NCBI GenBank assembly: GCA_937625935.1
Contig: OW569392.1
Span: forward strand, 62,001-126,000
Direction: 5' to 3'
Length of the DNA stretch: 64,000 nt
Source: Tetramitus jugosus
Lineage: Eukaryota; Protista; Heterolobosea
The position numbers and the translations under genes are program-made. Numbering within the stretch: the stretch's first letter is position 1; every line of letters starts with the position of its first letter. The notes under the pieces were generated by a model, which searched no databases, had not been told where the DNA came from, and was given only the letters and a program-made list of their open reading frames with translations. Of this stretch, positions 10,401-18,422 are shown one piece after another.

Positions 10401-11429
10401 ACTGAGATTGGTTATCGTCACTTGCAACTCCTAGTGGACAGCAAAGAGTGGATTGATGTGTTGAGAACAACCAATGACTTAGCCAATCCAGTTGTTGCCT
10501 TGTGGCCTTTCCTATCTCAAATTATGAATCATGACGATAACATTTATGAGAGTAAGCTCTTTGAGGTTGGTGGATCTGTTCCATCTTGGAACTTCCTATT
10601 GAAAAAGATGATTCACAACTTGATTGTGGAAAGGAAACAACTAGCTGCTCCTGTTTCACACTCTTCTAGTCCTCTTGATGGTAAACGGGCGATAATTACT
10701 GGTGCATCCAGCGGTATTGGTCGAGCTGTTGCCGAGAAACTAGCTTCAATGGGTGTCAGTTTAGTACTTGGTGCTAGAAGCGTGAACAAGCTCATTCAAG
10801 TGCAACAAGGCATCCAAGCTCAATATCCAAATGTTCGAGTGGAAGTTCACCAGACTGACGTTACTGTGAGAGATCAAATGGTCCATTTGGTTCAATACAC
10901 AGAGAGCACACTAGGTGGTCCAGTCGATATCCTAATCAACAATGCAGGCATCATGCCAGTCACATTGATGAAGAATTGCAAGCAAGATTTGTGGGACAGA
11001 TGTATTGATGTCAACATTAAGGGAGTCCTGAACGGTATCGCTGCTGTATTGCCGGGCATGATGGAACGTGACTCTGGTGATATTGTTACCATATCCAGCA
11101 ATGCTGGAAGAGAAGTGTGGGACTGCTTGGCTGTGTACAGTGGCTCCAAGTTTGCTGTCGAGGCAATATGCAAGGGTCTACGAAAGGAGCTGTATGGAAC
11201 TGGTCTCAGAGTCATTCAGATTCAACCTGGTGATGTCAAGACTGACTTGTGGGATCATGATCAAGATGATCCAGAAGCTGTTGAACGCTTGAAACCACTC
11301 TTGGCAGACAAGATTCTAGATCCCCAAGACATAGCTGAATCCATTGCACACGCACTCTCACAACCTTTGCACGTTGGAATACACGAAGTACTCATCGAAC
11401 CACAAGGCAAAACTCTGAACCAACAATAA
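7458..11429 (+). CDS. NRPS-like A-T-R1-R2 reductase (ATRR / glycine betaine reductase-like)
   Basis: A domain: FSSGTTGKPK, NLYSVSEC, GELFVGG, YRTGD, VKIRGYSIEL, SGKIDKK. T domain: FVDLGGNSF. Thioester reductase R1: FVTGVTGFLG, GYSQSKW, FRPG. C-terminal SDR: ITGASSGIG, NNAG, YSGSKF. Confidence 0.9.
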   Translation: MQPPHHFPPADNCLPPILRSTSNKSFLCGPIGAPEIDLSLCLHDLFRRQAKLTPQKIACVQPLTASNGAQRFLTFEQLDLLSDRLASFIVSKFTNGELEHTVGLYLDKSVEYVVGYVAILKAGCAYIPIELVHPREMLAQLLEEANPKLVLTSKHYSENLPSFVNYFEMNVNDVYENDVIGDVSDEELEWKNQIKDMDVRVLDQVKVSPDNLAYLVFSSGTTGKPKAITCPHRGAVNSYCWRYKEYPFDEGDRVACNIFFVWELLRPMLKGATLYVIPDDTIYNPKAVVEYLSQHKINRVLFTPSLLQAVIDSHEPEELNKALASSLKIVWMCGEVLTMKLNQRFKLALPNTKVLNLYSVSECHDVSGADVADLKSDTDYASAGFMLDNVQIYILDEDFNLVDKGEIGELFVGGVTNAREYLHQPKLTAERFILNPFLEKPLVGNDNRLYRTGDIARILSDNSLEIRGRCNSMVKIRGYSIELCAVEAVLSLHESVEAAIVIPEGDDLLTKKLVAYVIGKSEFGQLDGPQLREHVKQRLPHYMVPQVIMQISEFPLNAASGKIDKKQLPKSWDRPDLILKLNNFKEAETDSEKKLLAMWHTIFGENEVIGVLDSFVDLGGNSFQMARLYAMITKEFENATSVLTLPDMYNYPTIELMARILDSNQLPITADSQPNLVAELQSVIEAANIVRRSTETAVGPFKNIFVTGVTGFLGAFLLRDILEIHKDATVHCLVRSSTTQEALQRISSHLSEFKLWNQDYESRLNIIVGNLEVEKFGLGTAGFTKLANSVDLIINNGAIVDFTTSYENMKTVNVVASKTILDLACAAERITPVIYHVSTTGVFPLLHDRKKHLIREEDIPNTPEKLKNGYSQSKWVSERLMIHARETANMPIVIFRPGDIVGDSVHGQSNKNHDLVRTIQGIIRMGAAPRDHRLIDMIPVDFVSRAIVAYNYEDSVTSGQFIYNLVHPEPVRFNDIAHALKTEIGYRHLQLLVDSKEWIDVLRTTNDLANPVVALWPFLSQIMNHDDNIYESKLFEVGGSVPSWNFLLKKMIHNLIVERKQLAAPVSHSSSPLDGKRAIITGASSGIGRAVAEKLASMGVSLVLGARSVNKLIQVQQGIQAQYPNVRVEVHQTDVTVRDQMVHLVQYTESTLGGPVDILINNAGIMPVTLMKNCKQDLWDRCIDVNIKGVLNGIAAVLPGMMERDSGDIVTISSNAGREVWDCLAVYSGSKFAVEAICKGLRKELYGTGLRVIQIQPGDVKTDLWDHDQDDPEAVERLKPLLADKILDPQDIAESIAHALSQPLHVGIHEVLIEPQGKTLNQQ

Positions 11430-11678
11430 ACAAGCTTAATTACAACGACATCGAATCTGTGTCCCAGAAGGTACTGCAAAAACGAATCGTTTGCTTCATT
11501 GCCCAAGAAGAGGATGCATGTTAGGAATAATAAGTACTTTTGTATCAACGTTCTTTGGATCAGTTGAATAAAAACCTTGAACATACAAACTTCACACAAC
11601 TCGATTTTCCCTGGATGCCAAGGCTGACAACTTCGAATTCAGACGAACTTTAATTCACTAGAAACAAAAATCCAACCA

Positions 11679-12113
11679 ATGCAGTCGTTCCAATCCTCAT
11701 TCAAGCTTGCTCAAGCCCCGTCAGCCAGCAAAGTGTCGGTCACATTCGACCTACGTAACACTCATCCGACCCAGACTTATTACGTGTGTCACTACCACAC
11801 TCCACTGGAGTCACTCATGGGTTCCGGTGCTGTGGAAGTCACTCACGTGGATTCTCGTACAGTGCTGCCCTATCGAGGAAAGAAGTGCAAGAGAGTAGCT
11901 CCTCAACCGAGTAGTTACTTGAAGGTTGACCCAGGGTGCACCATCTCAAACACGATTGAAATTAGTAAGGGATACCGATTCGATCGTGGTCGCTACAGGG
12001 TCTCAAGTTGCAAGCAAGTGAGCACAAGATTGGATCCCAATGATGAAACAACGGGTCAAATAGTGGATCTAGAATGTGAACCACTCGAATTTACCATTTC
12101 CATTTTTCAATGA
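11679..12113 (+). CDS. Stand-alone M35 (deuterolysin/peptidyl-Lys metalloendopeptidase) prodomain-like protein, copy 1
   Basis: VTFDLRN...YYVCHYHTPLE...VEVTH...LPYRGKKCKR.APQPSSYLKVDPGCTISNTIEISKGYRF..GRYRV matches the M35 prodomain pattern (L.N...vlkwhTPlE...Y.G...KR..P...Y..l.PG.s....dls.aY.f..G.Y.V). There is no HExxH domain. Confidence 0.7.
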   Translation: MQSFQSSFKLAQAPSASKVSVTFDLRNTHPTQTYYVCHYHTPLESLMGSGAVEVTHVDSRTVLPYRGKKCKRVAPQPSSYLKVDPGCTISNTIEISKGYRFDRGRYRVSSCKQVSTRLDPNDETTGQIVDLECEPLEFTISIFQ

Positions 12114-12325
12114 ACAAGGTCTTCCAAGATCATCAACCAAGGCTGACAAGATCCTACAAGATCCATTGAACATATGCACAATACACCAAGTAACTCATTG
12201 AACCACGAACCAATAACAATAAACAAGTTTGGGCAACAATTTCCAAATGGACGCGTGTACTTACAGATAATAAAACTTTGAATTCAAACGAACTTTGATT
12301 TCGAAAAGAAACCAACAACCAACCA

Positions 12326-12775
12326 ATGCAATCGTTCCAATCCTCGTTCACACTTGACAGGCACCCAGCTCCTTCATCCAGACATTTGTTTGTCACATTC
12401 GAGCTGCGCAATACCCATCCGACTCAGACCTTCTACGTGTGTCACTACTTTACTCCACTAGAGTCACTCGTGAGTTCTGGTGCTGTGGAAATTACTCACG
12501 TAGATTCAAATACGGTGGTGGGCTACGCAGGAGTCATGTGCAAGAGAGTAGCGCCTCAACCAGAGAGCTACTTGAAGGTTGACCCGGGATGCACCATCAC
12601 AAACACGATTGACCTTCGTGAAGGATACTTCATCGATATTGGTCGTTACAGAGTCAATATTGGATCGGGTTGCAAACAACTGAACACGAGATTGGATCCC
12701 AATGACCAATCAACGAGTCAAAGAGTGGATCTCGAGTGTGAACCACTTGAATTTGACATGCCCAATTTTCAATAA
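12326..12775 (+). CDS. Stand-alone M35 prodomain-like protein, copy 2 (tandem paralog)
   Basis: Collinear paralog of 11679..12113, roughly two-thirds identical by eye, with the same motifs (TPLESL, YAGVMCKRVAP, YLKVDPG, GRYRV). Confidence 0.7.
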   Translation: MQSFQSSFTLDRHPAPSSRHLFVTFELRNTHPTQTFYVCHYFTPLESLVSSGAVEITHVDSNTVVGYAGVMCKRVAPQPESYLKVDPGCTITNTIDLREGYFIDIGRYRVNIGSGCKQLNTRLDPNDQSTSQRVDLECEPLEFDMPNFQ

Positions 12776-12860
12776 ACAACAACAAGCTTATTCAAGCAAC
12801 AACAAACCAATCATCAAATTAAAGCTTGAGAGGTGAAAAAAACAAGAACAAAAGGAGAAA

Positions 12861-13313
12861 ATGTCTTCAAACAACAACAAGAACAAAAATGACAACAATG
12901 ATGACGATTCATCTTTTTTGTCCATACTAACACAAGAAAAACAAGCAATTCCCAGTTTGCTTCAAACAGAAAATGATGAAGAATTCAAGAGATTGAAAGG
13001 CCTTTTGACAGAGTGCACAGACAAGTCATCAACGACAGGAGTCGTTAGAGCTTTGGGAGCTTCTGCTGCCGCAGTTCCCTTTTGTATTTTCACAGGATCG
13101 TTCATGCCACTCTTGTTCTTTTCTTTTGGTGCCATTGGATATGACATGTATGCTTCGTTTAGCGATTGCAAAAAACAGCGCGATGCCATTGATTTGCATT
13201 TGCTCAAGAAACACAAGATGAGTCTGTTCAGAGAAAAACAAATGTTGGAAACGAGGAAAAGTCTCCTCCTAGGCCACAGCAGCAGCAACGACAACGGGGA
13301 TCAATCACCGTAA
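12861..13313 (+). CDS. Small hypothetical membrane protein (two-helix hairpin)
   Basis: 150-aa ORF with an A/C-rich leader. The hydrophobic stretch GVVRALGASAAAVPFCIFTGSFMPLLFFSFGAIGY is flanked by Cys-containing helices. Confidence 0.6.
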   Translation: MSSNNNKNKNDNNDDDSSFLSILTQEKQAIPSLLQTENDEEFKRLKGLLTECTDKSSTTGVVRALGASAAAVPFCIFTGSFMPLLFFSFGAIGYDMYASFSDCKKQRDAIDLHLLKKHKMSLFREKQMLETRKSLLLGHSSSNDNGDQSP

Positions 13314-13480
13314 AATGCTTTCATTTCTCCGAACGAAAATTCAACTAGTTTCTTGATCTTTCATTTTAGCAATGAACAATCAATCATTCAAAAAAAAAAA
13401 GCAAAGCAACAAAGCGAAAGCTAAAAACACATACAAAAATCAAACAACGAATTGTTCACACAACAAACGAAAAAAAAAGA

Positions 13481-16370
13481 ATGAGCACCGAATTTTCCAT
13501 TTTCACAGAAGATGTCGTGTGTCGAAAAAACCTTTTACCAAGTAAACGACAACAAGAAAAGGTCATTTATGGTACAGTTACGCGTTTGGGTAACAAGGAC
13601 AATGACGTAGATGAAGAAACTGATGACGAAGAAATTGAAGTATGTTACTTTTTTCTCTTTTTTCTTCATTCAAAAAACTAATTTTTTTTTATTTTTTTTT
13701 AATTTTTTTTTTCGTTAGTTGAGTGATGATGAAGCATTAGTCATGTGGGATGACAAAACACAAGATGTCGTACCCATTAATAACCTTACCATTGTCGATA
13801 GAGCCTTCATGCATGGTGATATCGTGTCTAGAGTGACTGATCCATTGGGTCCCACTGGTACAGTGATTCAAGTTGAGTTGGAATGTGATTTGGAGAGTGT
13901 CATTTCTTCATTCACCAAAAAAAATCAAACATGCTTTTATTCTAGAGTCAACACAAGAGACATGCAATTGATGCATAATTATCGATTCAAGCACTATGCA
14001 GTGTACGATAACAAGTGGTTGTGTAGAGTCGATAGAACACTATTTGATTTATTGATCTTGTTCAAGGACGGTTCAAAATGCATTCTCAGAAAAGTCGATG
14101 CAGAACACGCATTGAACGAAGATGAATATTTTTGTGATCAAGATCCGTTTTATCCTTCGCAGACACTGCATTTCAAGAGTAATTATCGGCGGTCATTGTT
14201 GAAAAAGGCGGATTGGTTAGTGGGTCAATACGATCGAGAAGTGCACGTCAAAGCAGTCGTGTTAAATGTCAAGGCATCGGATGCCATTCTAGAGTATGTC
14301 ACGAGTTCGAATCCTGGTAGTGTGGAAGATCAGGAGATGCCACAAGGAGCCATTGATTTTCAAAAATTGCGTGTTTTTTCGCACTATTTTAGAACGAATT
14401 GGGCCGTTTCTGATCGAGGTTACTATGCACCGAATGTGAACAAGGAGACGATTCAATCCTTTTTCAATGCAAAGGACATTGTCGATCGAGATATGACACC
14501 GTTTACGGTGCTTGTGAAGCGAACGTATACGCGATTTGATGTGCATTGGCAAGATGGAACAGTGGAACGCAACTTGAATGCAATTGACTTTATTCCGAGA
14601 CATCATTTGGGTGACACTGACTTTAATCCCGAAGATATTGTAACAAAGAGAGATGCCGATACGGACGAAGAGAAGAATAACATGATTGGCGTGGTAAAGA
14701 GAGTGAATTCTAGAGAGGGAGTGTGTGCTGTTCAATGGTTGGATCAATCAAAGAACAATCAACTACTCGAATTCGAAGAATTGAGTATTTATGATATCAA
14801 GGACTCGAGCAAGTACTCTTTTACATTGGGAGACATTGTCATTTTGAAAAAGGAGGAACAAGAGAAGATGGGTCATGATTTTTGGGCGGGAGAAATTATT
14901 GATATTCGAGACGCACTGCTTACTGTCAGCTGGATCAATCAACAAACGGAAACGATATTTGCCGTACGGATGGATCAAGTGTTGAGCGCATCAAACATGG
15001 TGGATGAGCTTGAAGATGCACTGAATCAACTGAACACTGACGATGATGAAAACTCTTCTTCATTGATTCATTTGTCGCTTCAGGAAGGAAATGGCGGCGA
15101 CGGTGATGATGATACGGATGACACGGAAGAAGATTCTGATGTCGATGAAGATGATGACGATGATGAACGTCATGTACAACAGATAAGAATAGACGATGCG
15201 ATGGAAGATGTAGATATTGATGAGGATGGTGGTGGTGGCGGTGGTGATGATGATGACGAAGGTTGGATCACAGTGTCTGATGGCGAAGATGAAGATGAGG
15301 AACTGGACAATAATTTTGGACAAGTGGAAGAAATGCCCGAGTACCCTGAAGAGGACGAAGAAGAAGAGGCAAGAAACCGTAAGATTGGTTTCAAGAACTC
15401 GTTGGACATTGTCAACTATATTGGTGATGAAAACTTGGCATCCAAGTGCATGAGCATGGACAGTGTATCCGAGAGAAGAAAAGTACTGGAACCTCAACAG
15501 TCAAAACTAGGCCCAATCGATCCAAAGCTCAATCTTCATCAATTCCAAATCATTTTTGATCCATCGGACCACGAATTCGCAGAAGAGGAAGAACAGCCAT
15601 TAGATGCCGAATACATGGACATTTTACACGCCGAGTGGAACGCACTATTGAAAAATATTCCACCAGACACGTTCGTTCTTGTCTATCACTCCAAATCAGA
15701 TATCATGAGAGCCATTATTATTGGACCTGAGAAAACGCCATACTATGGCTGTCCACTCGTGTTTGATATATGGATGCCTTCAAGCTACCCTGATGAACCA
15801 CCTCATGTTCACTGTGTGTCCTATGATGAGAACTTGCATCCATATTTGCACAAGGACGGAAATGTATCACTACCACTGTTGGAAGACTCACTCCATGAAG
15901 ATTTGAACAATGATGACGAGGATGATGACGCTCAATGGCACCCAGACAAATCCAACACTTGCCAAGTGTTGAGAGTACTACAGATTGTTCTTCAATCGTC
16001 AGAGCCATATTACCTGGAAGATGGTTATGAGGATCAACGAGACTCTCTGGAGGGCAATCACAACTCTGCTCGGTTTAATGAGAATGTCGTTCTATTGTGT
16101 CTCAATCATTTATTCAAATCATTGACTCAACCACTCAAGGGAACAGAAGAGCTCTTGTTTGAGCACATGAAGCGCAATTGGCCAACAATGAGAGCCAATC
16201 TGGCACTGTATCTAGTCAAAGACAGCAACAGTGATAAGAAAGCGAGCGAAGAAGAGTTGGACACTTTTGGCCTCAAGACCTCTCAAGTCAGCAAAGGATT
16301 CAAGCTCAGATTGCATAAGATATTGCAAAAGTTGGATGAGAAAGTGAATCAGTTCACGCAGCAGAAATAA
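13481..16370 (+). CDS. UBE2O/UBC23-PHO2-like E2-E3 hybrid protein with a variant UBC domain (2 exons)
   Basis: Exon 1 is 13481-13639 and exon 2 is 13719-16370. The phase-0 intron 13640-13718 reads GTATGT...ACTAAT...TTAG. UBE2O-type motifs include VDRAFMHGDIV, TRFDVHWQDGT and DFNPEDIV. The C-terminal UBC fold reads DIMRAIIIGPEKTPYYGCPLVFDI...YPDEPP...EPYYLEDGYE. Confidence 0.85.
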
Positions 16371-16528
16371 AGCGTTTTTGACAAACATAATGTTGATGAT
16401 GCTTCGTGTCAGATTAAGAGAAGAAAAGACAAAGCGTCCTGGCCCATGCCTTTAATCAGACTAGAGAAGCAGCCAGAATTTTAACACTTGCTCGCAATGA
16501 GGCGACACTTAAGAGCTTGCACACTGGA

Positions 16529-17395
16529 TTACTTTATTAAATCTTCAACGAATTCAATGCGTGCTGCGCCTACTTCTGCTCCAGTTTCCCTTCTCATGAG
16601 AATCAATGCAGCCTTTGCTCTTTCCGGATCAATCTCTAACAGACGTAATACCAAGTAAGCAAACGTACCAGTACGATGGCATCCAGCACTACAGTGAATG
16701 AGAATCTTTTTCTGGTGATGATCCGATCGAATTACATCCACAATCGTCTGTGCATAGCTCAGTAACAAACTACGAGTCTCACTGCTGGACAAGTAGTTTA
16801 TCTGAGCTCCAGCCAGTGGAAACTTATGAAACGTGATACCACATGTTTCTGCGAAATCACCATACTTACTTGAGCCTTCCTTTTCATTCAACAGACACAC
16901 AATATCCGTAATTCCATGTGAGACATGAAACTCTTTGAATGAATCGAGACGTGAAGAAGGTCGATGCCACACGCACATCTTGTTATCATTCGATTCAAAA
17001 GGTCGTATGAATGTAACTCTCTGTTGCTTTCCAGATAATGTTCTAGGTACTTGATACACATGTTTCACAATGTCACGCACTGGTGGAACCTTTCCACTGA
17101 AACGTATCACTGCGATACCATGAGCGGACAAAAATTGTTCGTCCAACTTTACAATTTCATTACAACAATCTTCATGAACAAGCAGTAGGCGATATTCTTT
17201 GCGTTCATTGGACCAAGTCTTCTCAACAACAGACTCAATATCAACGATTGACGATGATGAGTCATGGATGGAGTGTATAGGGATGAACCAGTCAGAATGA
17301 TGACTCTGAATGATTGATGCATCTCCTTGATTGCAAATAATGATGACTCCAAACACCCTGTTCTCGCTGTCCGTGTACTCTTGAAGCTGTGACAT
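16529..17395 (-). CDS. Protein tyrosine/dual-specificity phosphatase family protein
   Basis: Intact CX5R P-loop ILIHCSAGCHRTG, preceded by GITDIVCLL and GITFHKFPL. The N-terminal ~120 aa are unassigned. Confidence 0.8.
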   Translation of the reverse strand: MSQLQEYTDSENRVFGVIIICNQGDASIIQSHHSDWFIPIHSIHDSSSSIVDIESVVEKTWSNERKEYRLLLVHEDCCNEIVKLDEQFLSAHGIAVIRFSGKVPPVRDIVKHVYQVPRTLSGKQQRVTFIRPFESNDNKMCVWHRPSSRLDSFKEFHVSHGITDIVCLLNEKEGSSKYGDFAETCGITFHKFPLAGAQINYLSSSETRSLLLSYAQTIVDVIRSDHHQKKILIHCSAGCHRTGTFAYLVLRLLEIDPERAKAALILMRRETGAEVGAARIEFVEDLIK

Positions 17396-17923
17396 GTTTT
17401 TGTTGTTTCGTTCTTCGATGTGGTGAACAACAATTTCGAACTACGTATGAGGCTGCGAATGTTCCCACACACGAGTTCAATTTGCATTGAGACAACTCGA
17501 TCGGTAACAAGAGCTTTCACACCAACAATGAAAATGCATGGCGAAGAACAAACAAAAAAAAGACTAAAGACTCAAAAAATTTCACTCAATAACAAGTATT
17601 TATTCAAACTAAAAGTAATCATTGGTTAGAAACCATAAAAACTGAAAAGTGCTCACAAAAAACCCAACCTTCTTTCCATCAATGCACTTTTTTTTGAGGG
17701 AAATTTGTGAATGAATGATCAGAAAAAAGTACACAAATTTTGTCAATCACTAAGACGTCAGTCCGCCTGTCGCTAAGACAGAGATCATCATTTCAAACAT
17801 TCATTCAAATTCCACCTCAAAAAAAAAGAACAAGACCAGAGAACGTTTGGAGAGAGATAAAAAAACTCACCTAAAAAAACTATTTGATAAGAGTTAGTCA
17901 TTTGAATGGTTCAAAGACAACAA

Positions 17924-18080
17924 TGAGAGCTTAGAGCTTAAGCTCTTCAGAGAGAGTTGGTCATGTACATGTTCAGTAAATTTACGCAAAGTTGTGCATC
18001 AGCATGTTCAGGACTACAATATTTTAATAACCATCATCTGTACATGTTACCATTCTCTCAAAAGCTTTCTATAGCTCTCA
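17924..18080. repeat. Imperfect inverted repeat (possible MITE remnant) with internal palindromes
   Basis: The left arm tgagagct..taga..aagct..gagag..tggt..catgtaca aligns with gaps to the reverse complement of 18040-18080 (tgagagctatagaaagcttttgagagaatggtaacatgtaca). A perfect palindrome agagcttaagctct lies at 17933-17946. Confidence 0.35.
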
Positions 18081-18422
18081 AAAAAAAATCATGTGGTGAG
18101 TGATACCTACGTTTATTAAAGAAAAAATGTGCTTGTTGTTGATTTGCTTTGTGTGAAATTTTTTTGTCTTGTCGAAAAACGCACAAATAAATCTCTGCTT
18201 TCATGGTTGTCTTCAATCAACATGAACGGGCTTCAGATTATCAGTTGAACTTTACTATTTTCCCGATCTCCATCTGGAAGCTTCGCCAACCGCCCTATTT
18301 TTACTCTTTTTTTTTCTGCTTGCGGCAGAAAACATTTGGCCGCCAACATCAACCAACCTCAATGTGAAGGAAAGGAACAACACAAAAACGACAACAAAAA
18401 ACAAAAGCTCACATATCATATT

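Noticed and set aside
7458-13313. ATRR plus the adjacent small genes as a biosynthetic gene cluster or HGT island
   Set aside because: No PPTase, transporter or tailoring enzyme lies nearby, and there is no compositional break or mobility signature. Adjacency alone is uninformative in such a gene-dense genome.
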